Source of the DNA: a virus
Reading direction: 5' to 3' (one strand)
Length of the DNA stretch: 64,000 nt
Virus record (IMG/VR): IMGVR_UViG_3300031539_000002
In this document: positions 9,873 to 19,217 of the stretch, piece by piece
Position numbering within the stretch: position 1 is the first letter of the stretch
Layout: every line of letters begins with the position of its first letter
Translations under genes and position numbers: made by a program
Notes under the pieces: generated by a model
The model's input: only the letters and a program-made list of their open reading frames with translations
Told to the model about the DNA's origin: nothing
Database searches by the model: none

Positions 9873-11497
9873 GGCAAGAGGCTCACAACTGCTACCAGCT
9901 TGCTTGTCTCATCGGGGTCGTGGAGCCTCGTACATCTCGCAAAAAGAGCGTGAACAGAACGATGAAGGGGGTGGAGGGCGAGATCCTCGCTTTCTTCAAG
10001 AAGCACGGGCGACGCCCAAGAGACAAAGATGGGTTCCGCAACGTGGACGCGTGGTTGATGCGGCGTGGGAGTTCGATCCACAAGATCTGCGAGAAGCTGG
10101 GTCTTCCTGGTGGCCGGGATTTTGGGCGCACGAAGGGAAGCATCGAACGAAAAATCAGGAAGTTCTACGACCGGGAGGGTAGGCGGCCCAAGAACAGGGA
10201 GATGGTGGACGAAAGCCGGTGGCTTGCCTACCACCACAAGATGTCTCTCCATGATCTATGTGACGAAATGGGGCTTCCCACAGAGAAGGTCCTTCGCACG
10301 ATTACACGAGTCCGCAAAGAGATCCGGGAGTTCTATGCCCGTGAAGGGCGTCGTCCGACCAATAAGGAGCTGCTTGGGTGGCTCAATTTCTTGAGAAGAA
10401 AAAACACGACTCTATCCAAACTCTGCGACAAGATGGGGCTTCCCGAAGGCCACAGAAAGCGTCGTTCAATGGCACGGCTCCGCGAGGTGCTTCAAGCATT
10501 TTTCGACGAGCACGGACGGCGCCCCACTACTGAAGAGATGGGGGCTTGGTGCGGTTGGCTTCGAGCACACCACAAAGGCAATACGCTCTACGGCGTCTGC
10601 AATGAGATGGGACTGCCTTCTCGGAGCGGGCAATCCGGGAAAGCCAGTGTGAGGTACTCCAAGAAGGAGGTGCTCCAAGAGGTCCAAAAGTTTTACGACC
10701 GTGAGAAACGGCGCCCGATGAGCAAGGAGGTACGGAAATGTGCTGGCTGGCTCAAGCGACGTGGCAGCAGTCTTCGAGAGCTGTGCGATGAGATGGGACT
10801 CCCCGCAGACGGGTACACCATGGAGATTGCTCGACAGGAACTCGGGAAATTTAACGAGACCCACGGGCATCGGCCGAGACACCAGGATCTCCCCAAACTC
10901 GCGCGGTGGCTGCGGTCGCAGGGCATTTCGTTGCCTCGGCTCGGTGAAAAAATGGGGCTCCCTGCGAAACGCCAAGAGGTCTCTGGCAGGACGATGAACT
11001 CCGTCCGGGCCGAGATCCGTAAATTCGTCAAGGCACATGGCCGTCGACCGGGCGTCCATGACATGCAGAAGATCGACAGTTGGCTGCGGGTCCGGGGTAC
11101 GGGGCTGCCTGCGGTGTGCGACGAGATGGGGTACGCACCGCTCATGCGAAGGGATCGCACTGAGGAAGAAGCACGGCAGGTGGTGCTCCGTTTCTACAAG
11201 GAGAACGGAAACCGCCCGCGCAAGGTTGACCTGCCGGTGTGGCAGGGATGGTTTGAGCATCGAGGATCTTCATTGCGCAAGTTTTGTGATGCACTTGGTC
11301 TGCCGAAGGAGTGTGAGTACGACAGGACCCTCAAGAAGGCACGCATCGCGATGAAGGCATTTTTCAAGGAGCACGGGCACCGTCCCGTACAGTCGGACCT
11401 TTGGGCTTGGGACGGTTGGCTACGGAACAACCACGGTCTGTCCGTCTCGAAACTCTGCGACGAACTTGGGTTTCCCAAGAAGGGACGCCGGCCATGA
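9869..11497 (+). CDS. Tandem-repeat protein, 9 x ~57 aa (FxxxHGRRP..W..LCDEMGLP)
   Basis: GTG overlaps helicase TGA; GGAGG at 9854; nine repeats counted by eye. Confidence 0.85.
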   Translation: MRQEAHNCYQLACLIGVVEPRTSRKKSVNRTMKGVEGEILAFFKKHGRRPRDKDGFRNVDAWLMRRGSSIHKICEKLGLPGGRDFGRTKGSIERKIRKFYDREGRRPKNREMVDESRWLAYHHKMSLHDLCDEMGLPTEKVLRTITRVRKEIREFYAREGRRPTNKELLGWLNFLRRKNTTLSKLCDKMGLPEGHRKRRSMARLREVLQAFFDEHGRRPTTEEMGAWCGWLRAHHKGNTLYGVCNEMGLPSRSGQSGKASVRYSKKEVLQEVQKFYDREKRRPMSKEVRKCAGWLKRRGSSLRELCDEMGLPADGYTMEIARQELGKFNETHGHRPRHQDLPKLARWLRSQGISLPRLGEKMGLPAKRQEVSGRTMNSVRAEIRKFVKAHGRRPGVHDMQKIDSWLRVRGTGLPAVCDEMGYAPLMRRDRTEEEARQVVLRFYKENGNRPRKVDLPVWQGWFEHRGSSLRKFCDALGLPKECEYDRTLKKARIAMKAFFKEHGHRPVQSDLWAWDGWLRNNHGLSVSKLCDELGFPKKGRRP

Positions 11498-12381
11498 GCA
11501 CCCAAGAACTCCGCGCTCGAAGTTGCATTGAGGTTGCGGCACTCCTCGGGCTCCACGAGCGACCGATACGCTCGAGGACGCTGGAGAGCGCGCGTGCGGA
11601 GGTTTTAGCCTCTTATGAGAAGCACGGGAGACGCCCTTCGGAGCAGCGTTTGAGTGCCACGGGTCAGTGGCTTCGGTATCGCGGATCATCTCTCCGGCGT
11701 GTCTGCGACGAGCTGGGCTTGCCTGGTGGGACCAACCTAGGCCGAACGAAGGAGGGAGCGAAAACGGTAACTCAAGGTTTTTTTGACAAGCATGGACGCC
11801 GCCCTGTGGCACAAGATCTTCGTGCGTGGGATTCGTGGCTGCGCGGGCGGGGGTCTTCGCTTGTCGTCCTCTGTGACGAGATGGGGCTTCCTGAGCGCAC
11901 CAGAATCATCCGAAGGAAAAGCAGCGCAACAAGGATGATCCGAGCTTTCTACCAGGAACAGGGCCGGTGCCCCGAGCCAGGAGAGATTCCTGTGCTGGAT
12001 CGTTGGCTACATAAGCACGCGTTGGTGTTGTCTCTTCTTTGCGACGAGTTAAGCCTCCCCTCTGATTGGGGCGACGCGAAAAAAACCATTCAAGAGTTCT
12101 TCAACAAGCACGGGAGACGCCCGAAGTCCACGGAGCTACCGCAGTGGGCCCGCTGGCTGCGTGCGCAGGGGTCTTCCCTCTCCCGCCTCTGTGACGAGCT
12201 GGAATTTCCCGGTCCCGGGGTGCCCAGAACCAAGCAAATGGCGCAGCATGTAATTCGAGCTTTCGTTCAGAAAAACGGGCACCGACCGTCCGAAGCGAGC
12301 CTTCCTGATTGGTACGAATGGTTGCGGCATGTGCCTGGGGTTTCGCTTCAGCAACTCTGCAATGAGATGGGGGTGCCTTGA
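11494..12381 (+). CDS. Tandem-repeat protein, 5 x ~57 aa
   Basis: ATGA overlap; five HGRRP..LCDE(L/M)GLP-type units. Confidence 0.85.
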   Translation: MSTQELRARSCIEVAALLGLHERPIRSRTLESARAEVLASYEKHGRRPSEQRLSATGQWLRYRGSSLRRVCDELGLPGGTNLGRTKEGAKTVTQGFFDKHGRRPVAQDLRAWDSWLRGRGSSLVVLCDEMGLPERTRIIRRKSSATRMIRAFYQEQGRCPEPGEIPVLDRWLHKHALVLSLLCDELSLPSDWGDAKKTIQEFFNKHGRRPKSTELPQWARWLRAQGSSLSRLCDELEFPGPGVPRTKQMAQHVIRAFVQKNGHRPSEASLPDWYEWLRHVPGVSLQQLCNEMGVP

Positions 12382-14144
12382 GCTCTTTGGATGGACACGC
12401 GAGTAACTGCACTGAGATCGCGGCCATCCTCGGCCTCCACGAGCTTCCGAAGCGCAGGACGATGGAGGGGGCGCGGGTGGAGGTCCGGGAGTTCTACGAG
12501 AAGCATGGTCGTCGTCCTTGGTGCACAGACCTCATGAATTTGGACGCGTGGCTGCGCAAGAAAAGGACGAATTTGCCTGACCTGTGCGATGAGCTGGGAC
12601 TCCCTGGGGGGAAGAACCTGCGTCGCACGATGGAAGAGGTCCGCCAAGAGGTCCAAGCGTTTTTCGATGAACACGGTCGTCGCCCGAGTTGTCACGAAAT
12701 GGCTTCTACCGACCGCTGGCTCCGAGTGCAGGGCACCGCTCTTCGCAAGTTATGCGACGAGATGGGGCTCCCCGGCGGTGCGGTGTTCGGTCGCACGATG
12801 GAAGGGGCCCGCCAAGAGATTCAGGCGTTCTTCGAGGAGCATGGCCGCCGCCCCTACGAGGCTGATTTGAATGGCGCCAGTCTTTGGCTGCGGAAGGAAG
12901 GAACAAGTTTACAAAAACTGTGCGACGAGATGGGCCTCCCGAAGCATCGGGACAGTTGGTCAGCAGAAAGAGCACGCCAAGAAGTCCAGGCTTTTTTTGA
13001 CGAGCACGGTCGGCGCCCTTTGGTAAAAGAGAACACAGCACTGGGGCACTGGCTGACCAGACGTGGCACGAGCTTGTCCAAGTTGTGCGACGAGATGGGG
13101 TTGCCTTGGCCTTCCCGCTCCAAGTACACGAGGGAGAAGATACGCCCGAAAATCCAAGCATTTTTCGATGAGCACGGACGCCGCCCGATAGATAAGGAGG
13201 TGAATGGCATCAGCCTCTGGTTGCGGAGGGTCGGGGCGACCCTTCGAGATGTCTGCAATGAGATGGAACTCCCCGGAGGTCTGGTGCTCGATCGGACGAT
13301 GGAAGGGGCCCGCCAAGAGATTCAGGCGTTCTTCGAGGAGCATGGCACACGTCCTAGAGTGGTTGACAAGAAGGCGCTGGCATCTTGGTTACGGGGACAA
13401 GGAACAAATTTACGAAAACTGTGCGACGAGATGGGCCTCCCGAAGATCATTCGGGCTCGGAACGCGTCCACGGAAGAAGTAGTCAACGAAGCGACCAAAG
13501 AGATCCAAGCGTTTTTTGATGAGCATGGCCGCCGCCCTTCGGTGAGAGAGAGAGCGGCACTCGCCGCGACTCTTCGATCGCGTGCTTCCTCCATCCCCCA
13601 AATTTGCGAAGCGATGGGGCTTCCAAAACGATCGCGCTCAAAACGTACGCTGGAAGGGGCCCGCCAAGAGATTCAGGCGTTCTTCGAGGAGCATGGCCGC
13701 CGCCCTGCCTGCGCCGAGATGGGTGGCCTGTCGAACTGGTCGGCTACGCAGGGCACGACTTTGCGCAAGCTGTGCGATGAGTTGGAACTCCCTGGCAATC
13801 GCCGTTATGACCGGACGATAGAGGGTGTTCGACGAGAGATTCAGGCGTTCTTCGAGGAGCATGGCCGCCGCCCAAAGCAGAAAGAGGGCCATTTCAACAC
13901 CCTCGATCAGTGGCTTTTTCGTCACGGAAGTTCTATCCCCAAACTCTGCAATGAGATGGGGCTCCCCGGAGGTCTGGTGCTCGATCGGACGATGGAGGGG
14001 GCGCGCCAAGAGATTCAAGCATTTTTCGACGAGCACGGCCGGCGCCCCATGGCGAAGGAGCTGCGGCCACTCAATAAGTGGCTCTTGGTCCAGACCCCGC
14101 GCTCGACCGTGGCGAAACTGTGCCATGAGATGGGACTGCCTTGA
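12378..14144 (+). CDS. Tandem-repeat protein, 10 x ~57 aa
   Basis: TTGA overlap; ten RTMEGARQEIQAFFEEHGRRP..LCDEMGLP-type units. Confidence 0.85.
   Translation: MSSLDGHASNCTEIAAILGLHELPKRRTMEGARVEVREFYEKHGRRPWCTDLMNLDAWLRKKRTNLPDLCDELGLPGGKNLRRTMEEVRQEVQAFFDEHGRRPSCHEMASTDRWLRVQGTALRKLCDEMGLPGGAVFGRTMEGARQEIQAFFEEHGRRPYEADLNGASLWLRKEGTSLQKLCDEMGLPKHRDSWSAERARQEVQAFFDEHGRRPLVKENTALGHWLTRRGTSLSKLCDEMGLPWPSRSKYTREKIRPKIQAFFDEHGRRPIDKEVNGISLWLRRVGATLRDVCNEMELPGGLVLDRTMEGARQEIQAFFEEHGTRPRVVDKKALASWLRGQGTNLRKLCDEMGLPKIIRARNASTEEVVNEATKEIQAFFDEHGRRPSVRERAALAATLRSRASSIPQICEAMGLPKRSRSKRTLEGARQEIQAFFEEHGRRPACAEMGGLSNWSATQGTTLRKLCDELELPGNRRYDRTIEGVRREIQAFFEEHGRRPKQKEGHFNTLDQWLFRHGSSIPKLCNEMGLPGGLVLDRTMEGARQEIQAFFDEHGRRPMAKELRPLNKWLLVQTPRSTVAKLCHEMGLP
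12800..13996 (+). repeat. Identical DNA blocks inside the coding repeats
   Basis: 46-nt GGAAGGGGCCCGCCAAGAGATTCAGGCGTTCTTCGAGGAGCATGGC at 12800, 13301, 13652; 35-nt block at 13269 and 13962. Confidence 0.85.
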
Positions 14145-14252
14145 GTTCTTTGATTGGGTACGCGAGGATCAAGGGGAACCCGCGCCACAGGGGCGCCTGA
14201 GTCCGCCACCGAGCCCATCCTCATCTTCCGCAAGCCGAGGTAGAGTGACGGC

Positions 14253-14336
14253 ATGAAGATCTGGGCATTCGTTCTCGGCGTTGTCGCGCTCCTGCTCCTC
14301 CTGAGCGTATGGCCCGCCCTCGGGTCCTTGGCCTGA
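14253..14336 (+). CDS. Small hydrophobic peptide (27 aa)
   Basis: MKIWAFVLGVVALLLLLSVWPALGSLA; GG-TAGAGT lies 6 nt upstream (leaderless motif). Confidence 0.4.
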   Translation: MKIWAFVLGVVALLLLLSVWPALGSLA

Positions 14337-14505
14337 ACTTGGGTCGTGCCCGTGCTGTGGCCAGCCTTGGTCGCCACCTCACTATCCTCCGATTGGCCCC
14401 TCTCCGTTTGAACCATGGGAAGTTCCTGCGTATCCCGAGCTCAAGAAGCCCGAGCCGAGTCCGTTCCTGGTCGAGGAAGAGCCTGAGGAGCCGACGCTCT
14501 CGGTG

Positions 14506-15051
14506 TCAGGCGTCAGCTTGAGGCTCTTGTTGTTCGTCGCCGGTGAGGATAGCTAGAGTTCGCGCCACGTCCTCTGGTTGGATGCCTCGAGCCCAGCTCG
14601 TGCGCACGAGATAGGGCGCCATGTGGGCGAAAGCACCGTCTCCCATGTCATCGAGGATGACGAAGTTCTCGACGTTGAGGTGCTTGTTCTTTACGAGCCA
14701 GACTTCGATTTCGAGTCCACGGAGCCCACGGTTCGCCAGGCCTGGCGGCATCTCATTGGAGAGTGGTGTGCGTCCGATGACTTCGCCGGTGAAGCCTCGG
14801 GAACTGAGGTAGCGCTGCATGTCTTCGGGAGTGCAGTGGTAGCGCCACGAGGATGAGATGACGACCTTCGCGTCACCGAGGGCCACGATGGCGTTGAGGC
14901 GCTCCACGGAGGTGGGGTTGATCATGCGGGTCCACCAGTAGTCGTCTTTGGGGTCCGGTGCTGTGGACGTGTCCGCGTCCAGGTCTGGATTGGACCCGAA
15001 GTACTCGGCGCTGTTGAGCACCCCGTCCATGTCTAGGAACACGACGCGCAT
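14506..15051 (-). CDS. HAD-family phosphatase (Swiss-Army-Knife RNA-repair type)
   Basis: FLDMDGVLN, VVISSSWR, RGLEI..WL, FVILDD. Confidence 0.8.
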   Translation of the reverse strand: MRVVFLDMDGVLNSAEYFGSNPDLDADTSTAPDPKDDYWWTRMINPTSVERLNAIVALGDAKVVISSSWRYHCTPEDMQRYLSSRGFTGEVIGRTPLSNEMPPGLANRGLRGLEIEVWLVKNKHLNVENFVILDDMGDGAFAHMAPYLVRTSWARGIQPEDVARTLAILTGDEQQEPQADA

Positions 15052-15158
15052 CAGAGAGCCTGTAGCACGATGAGAGTCCCGATGACCACCGACTGTAAGA
15101 CCACGATCCGAAGGAGATTCACGATAGTTCCCTCGGTGAGCTGGGAGGTCTGACCCAT
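15051..15158 (-). CDS. Small membrane peptide (35 aa)
   Basis: MGQTSQLTEGTIVNLLRIVVLQSVVIGTLIVLQAL; its TGA overlaps the HAD ATG. Confidence 0.35.
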   Translation of the reverse strand: MGQTSQLTEGTIVNLLRIVVLQSVVIGTLIVLQAL

Positions 15159-15253
15159 GCCTGTTTTGTGGTCAAATACGACGAGGGGCTTGGAATCCAT
15201 GAGCCACTTTACCCGACCGTGATCTGGTGGGGTAGAAGAGGTAGAGGTTCACG

Positions 15254-15673
15254 ATGGTTTGCCGACATCAACCCGGAGATCCCAACTGCTCTTCCTCCCC
15301 TCAGGGCCGCGCTCGAGCTGAGGCAGAGGCCCACCACTACCGGGAGAAGAAGGCGAAGGAGCGGATGGAGGAGCTGCTTTCTCGCACCCCCAACCCCGAC
15401 GACTACGAGCTCGTGGAACTTGAGCAAGTGGGGCCGCACCTTGTCGTGATGGCGCAGTACTCGTCGTGTACGAAGTGCTCGTTCGACGCGAAGAAGGTCA
15501 TGGTGTTTTTCAACCGCACTGTGAAGGACGCGGCGTTCTGGAATCACATTGACCCCCACTTCAACGAGCCCGGAAACGTCATGCGCAGGATAGCGCCCCC
15601 TCCCCGTGCGAGGTTTCCGGCTGACGACCAAGGCTGGAACGACGCGCTGGAGTTTGCGAGGAGTAAGGTCTGA
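15254..15673 (+). CDS. Hypothetical protein
   Basis: 139 aa; IDPHF..PPRARFP; TGATG coupling to the next gene. Confidence 0.6.
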   Translation: MVCRHQPGDPNCSSSPQGRARAEAEAHHYREKKAKERMEELLSRTPNPDDYELVELEQVGPHLVVMAQYSSCTKCSFDAKKVMVFFNRTVKDAAFWNHIDPHFNEPGNVMRRIAPPPRARFPADDQGWNDALEFARSKV

Positions 15674-15993
15674 TGGCTGAGGAGTTGGAGCGCGTCGTCG
15701 CCATGCGGAACGCGGATGGTAAAAAGAAAATCGCCTACGTCTACGGAGAGGGCGTGATGCTCGGAAGCCTGCATCCTCCCCACGGAACGATGACGATGCT
15801 CGGGCCTGTGGACGACAGTTTCCCGGCGGATTGGACGAACCCCTGCATCATGCTCAACGGGGGTGGGATCATCTGGGGATGCCAATGTTGGTGGGGTCCT
15901 GTTGAGAAAATGCAGAAACGGTTCGGGGACTACACCTGGGAGACCGTTGACGTGGCCGAACTTGAGAACCCTCCCTTACCGTCAGACGGGTAG
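15673..15993 (+). CDS. Hypothetical protein
   Basis: 106 aa; NPCI..IIWGCQCWWGP. Confidence 0.6.
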   Translation: MAEELERVVAMRNADGKKKIAYVYGEGVMLGSLHPPHGTMTMLGPVDDSFPADWTNPCIMLNGGGIIWGCQCWWGPVEKMQKRFGDYTWETVDVAELENPPLPSDG

Positions 15994-16016
15994 GGTTGAG
16001 GGGTAAAAGGAGTGCC

Positions 16017-16703
16017 ATGACAGACGTGACCCCCGCCACCCCCGCCAACGATCTCACCGAGGTCGCCATCATTCTCGATCGCAGTGGTTCCATGTCCTCC
16101 ATCAAAGACGACATGGAAGGCGGCTTGTGGACCACCATCACCGAACAGAACGGGCTTCCTGGCCGGTGCCGGGTGAGTCTCTACCAGTTCGATGACAAAT
16201 GGGAGACGGTCTTCGAGGCCAAGCCCTCGGGTGAGATCTGCCAAGACGACTGTCGCCTCGTACCTCGTGGTCAGACCGCGCTCCTTGACGGAGCCGTGAA
16301 GTCCCTGTCCGCGCTCGAGGCACGGATTCTTGCTGAGGCCGAAGACGAGCGTCCGGGCAACGTGATCGTCGTGATGATCACGGACGGCCGTGAGAACGCG
16401 TCACGCGAGAACACTCGGGAGGACGCCAACAAGATCATCGATCGCGTGACGGACAAGTACAACTGGGAGTTCCTGTTCCTCGCTGCGGACAAGCAAGGGT
16501 TTGAGGACGGGGCGTCCATGATGAAGGGCACGAAGGGCAAGCGCCTCATGTACGACAAGTCCAACACGCGCGGCATGTCTCAGGCGTACAGCTCCGCCAT
16601 CGGCAGCATGCGAGGCGGCGGCAAGATGGACATCGGCGTCAGCGATGTCCCCGACTCCGACGACAGTTCCGACAGTTCCGACAGCGGACCTAAGGTGCAC
16701 TGA
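16017..16703 (+). CDS. von Willebrand A domain protein
   Basis: MIDAS ILDRSGSM, GQTALLDG, ITDGREN; AAGGAG RBS. Confidence 0.85.
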   Translation: MTDVTPATPANDLTEVAIILDRSGSMSSIKDDMEGGLWTTITEQNGLPGRCRVSLYQFDDKWETVFEAKPSGEICQDDCRLVPRGQTALLDGAVKSLSALEARILAEAEDERPGNVIVVMITDGRENASRENTREDANKIIDRVTDKYNWEFLFLAADKQGFEDGASMMKGTKGKRLMYDKSNTRGMSQAYSSAIGSMRGGGKMDIGVSDVPDSDDSSDSSDSGPKVH

Positions 16704-16704
16704 G

Positions 16705-17064
16705 ATGAGTGAATACGAAATACCCCCCCTAGCAGCCGAAGTGGAGATCAGCGCCCTCGATGGTGTTGACCTCCGTGTTGGCAAAGTCACCGCTTGTGAG
16801 CTCGTGGAAGGAGCCGACAAGCTCTTGAAACTCGAAGTGGACCTCGGCCCTCTGGGCAAGCGCACCATCCTCAGTGGGCTCAGGAAGACGTACGAGCCCG
16901 ACGATTTGGTGAGCAAGCATGTCGTCGTGTTTGCCAATCTCAAGCCCCGCATGATGCGAGGCATCGAGAGTCAGGGGATGGTCCTGGCCGCGGGGGACTC
17001 TGACGATGAACTCGTCGTGGTCGAGCTTCATCGCAGCAGTGTCCCGGGTGAAAAGGTCGCTTGA
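16705..17064 (+). CDS. tRNA-binding OB-fold protein (Trbp111/CsaA/MetRS C-domain-like)
   Basis: DLRVGKV, ADKLLKLEVDLG, RTILSG, NLKPRMMRGIESQGMVL. Confidence 0.85.
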   Translation: MSEYEIPPLAAEVEISALDGVDLRVGKVTACELVEGADKLLKLEVDLGPLGKRTILSGLRKTYEPDDLVSKHVVVFANLKPRMMRGIESQGMVLAAGDSDDELVVVELHRSSVPGEKVA

Positions 17065-17381
17065 TGCTTGGGGGTGTCCCCGTCATCCGACTCAACGGTG
17101 AGCCGGTTTCGTGGCGCCCTTTCACGGAGGATGAACTCGCTCCACTGCGCAAGCACAAAGACGCCGCGTTTCGTTCGTTCGAGAAGCGCAAGGCTGAGGG
17201 GAAGTCAAATGCGGGCATGTGGCTCAACCTCAAGAAGCAGTTCCACGCATTTCTGCTCGTCGAGCCAGCGCCGGGCGACAACATCACGGCCGACGGTCTC
17301 CCGGAGGACTACGAGGAAGTGTGGGTTCGGTTCCGGGTCAAAGGGACGACGATGCACGGCAACATGAGGATCGCGCCATGA
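17061..17381 (+). CDS. Hypothetical protein
   Basis: Overlaps upstream stop; 106 aa. Confidence 0.5.
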   Translation: MMLGGVPVIRLNGEPVSWRPFTEDELAPLRKHKDAAFRSFEKRKAEGKSNAGMWLNLKKQFHAFLLVEPAPGDNITADGLPEDYEEVWVRFRVKGTTMHGNMRIAP

Positions 17382-17401
17382 TCGGAATCGTAGACTAGGC
17401 C

Positions 17402-17430
17402 GGTTCTGAGCCTATAGGAGGCCATTCGTG
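17402..17430 (+). promoter_or_regulatory. Class II (putative late) promoter motif GGTW-N6-CKAT..-N10-GTR, representative copy
   Basis: GGTT CTGAGC CTATAG ..GT G; further copies at 19213, 26417, 44371, 46734, 52129, 56427. Confidence 0.55.
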
Positions 17431-18692
17431 TGCAGCGCGTTGCGGCCCAGCTCCTGAGGTTTGCCCTCGAGAACCCTGCGTTTGCACGGGTGCTCGTTGC
17501 CGAGCTCAAGACGCGCCCTGAGTTTCGTGAATATGTGGACGGAAAACGGTTCCACAATCCCGAAACGGGCAACAAGGTTCTCTTCGAGAGCCTGCCCGAA
17601 CCGGACCAGCGGCGCGTGTACTTGGAATGGTGGCGCGCTCAGCGACGGGACAAAGAGCCCAAGGCCGATCCCAAGAAGCTCGAGGAGCGCCGCGAGACCA
17701 TCGAGAGCGGCAACCCGTGGGCGATCCCTTTGTGGGAGTACTACACTCGCGTCCAAGAAGGGTCGGGCAAGAAGCACCACGCCCCTGGCGACATCAAGAC
17801 GCAAACCGTCGAGAGTCTTGAGTGGATGGGGGAACCCAAAGAGAGCGATGTCAAAATCGGAGAGCGAGAGTTTGGCGACACGACGGTGAGTTTCTATCGC
17901 AGCACCGAGCGCAACAAGTACACGAGGAAGGACGAGAACGATGAGATCGTTCGCGATCCAGAGACAGGTCTGGCCACGTATCTGAGCGACGAAGAGATGC
18001 TCGACCGTGGGCTCCCCGCGTTCGGGACCACTGTCCGTGCGTATGATGGAGACACACCGATCGGCTCCGTAGCGGACGAGTGGGGCGCGAGCTTGGTGCA
18101 GGTTGCCGAGGAGCATCAGAAGAAAGGCATCGGCAGGTTCCTGAGTAAACTCTGGCGCAAGGCGTTCCCGTTCAAAAGCTCGGGTGGTTTCAGCGACCAG
18201 GGACTCTCCACCTTCAAACGTGTCTACCAGGACTTTGTGCGCGAGGCTCTTGAAAGCGGGGAGTACGACCGGGCGATGAAGGAGGGGTGGATGTCACCCC
18301 GTCGGTTCAAAGACATCCTCGACAGCGCAGGTTTGGACCCTCAAGGCAAGGAAGTGCGAAAGCCTCGGATTGACGCGCCCGATGCGGGGGGTTCCGATGA
18401 GTTGCACAAGGTTCGCGGAGAGCTGGCCGAAGCGGGCAAGCTGATGCGCGAGATGGATTGGGAAGAGACCGATTACACGGACGCTCAGAAGGCCGAGCAT
18501 CGCAAGAAGTACCACGCACTTCTGAGCCAGGCCATGCGTCTCGAGGAGGAAGAGAAGGACAAGGACGACGACGAAGGGCGCCAGAGGGATCAAAAGATGA
18601 GCGACCTCGCAGGCGCCTATTGGAAGGCCAAGCAGCGCGGAGATGCCGAAGAGGCTAAGCGCCTCTGGGACCAGATGGGCGCGATGGCGTAG
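17430..18692 (+). CDS. Putative virion cargo protein with GNAT acetyltransferase-like domain
   Basis: N-terminal RVAAQLLRFALENPAF helix and FHNPETGNKV motif; VQVAEEHQKKGIG (GNAT motif A) and FSDQG. Confidence 0.6.
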   Translation: MQRVAAQLLRFALENPAFARVLVAELKTRPEFREYVDGKRFHNPETGNKVLFESLPEPDQRRVYLEWWRAQRRDKEPKADPKKLEERRETIESGNPWAIPLWEYYTRVQEGSGKKHHAPGDIKTQTVESLEWMGEPKESDVKIGEREFGDTTVSFYRSTERNKYTRKDENDEIVRDPETGLATYLSDEEMLDRGLPAFGTTVRAYDGDTPIGSVADEWGASLVQVAEEHQKKGIGRFLSKLWRKAFPFKSSGGFSDQGLSTFKRVYQDFVREALESGEYDRAMKEGWMSPRRFKDILDSAGLDPQGKEVRKPRIDAPDAGGSDELHKVRGELAEAGKLMREMDWEETDYTDAQKAEHRKKYHALLSQAMRLEEEEKDKDDDEGRQRDQKMSDLAGAYWKAKQRGDAEEAKRLWDQMGAMA

Positions 18693-18701
18693 AAGAGATA
18701 G

Positions 18702-19217
18702 ATGGCCGCCACTTCGCTTGAAATCCTTGAGTACCCCGACCCTCGGTTGACCGCCCCTTGTGTTCCTGTTGGCGTCGCGCAGCTCGAGACGATGCAGGGG
18801 TTCATCGACGATCTCATCTACACGATGTTCTTCTCAGGGGGTGTGGGGCTTGCGGCCCCGCAGGTCGGCAACAACGTACGCATCTTCACGATTGACCAGA
18901 AGCCCATCAACGGGAGCCAGGGCGATCCATGGGTCTTCGTGAACCCCAAGGTCGAGGTTCTCGGCGAGGACATTGAGCGCCGCCGTGAGGGCTGCTTGAG
19001 TTTCCCCGGCGTGTTCATCTTCGCCAAGCGTCCCAAGTGGGTGAGGGTCACGGCCCTTGACCGCCATGGTGTGGAGTTCACGATGGACACGACGGGAACG
19101 GACCTGCTTTCCTTGGCAGTCCAGCATGAGAACGACCATCTCGATGGCGTCTTGATGTCCGAGTACGCCGACAAGCGCGGTTTGAAGTCCATCAAGGCCT
19201 GGGCGGCTCAGCGGTAG
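18702..19217 (+). CDS. def: Peptide deformylase
   Basis: GVGLAAPQV, EGCLS, QHENDHLDG. Confidence 0.95.
   Translation: MAATSLEILEYPDPRLTAPCVPVGVAQLETMQGFIDDLIYTMFFSGGVGLAAPQVGNNVRIFTIDQKPINGSQGDPWVFVNPKVEVLGEDIERRREGCLSFPGVFIFAKRPKWVRVTALDRHGVEFTMDTTGTDLLSLAVQHENDHLDGVLMSEYADKRGLKSIKAWAAQR

Noticed and set aside
12800-14050. Repeat-spacer-like DNA suggesting a CRISPR array
   Set aside because: Repeats are in-frame parts of a ~171-nt coding unit, spacing of identical blocks is irregular (501 and 351 nt), and no cas genes are present.
14337-14505. Pro-rich CPCC-containing reading frame after the 27-aa peptide
   Set aside because: No start codon after the in-frame stop that I can support; may be a remnant.
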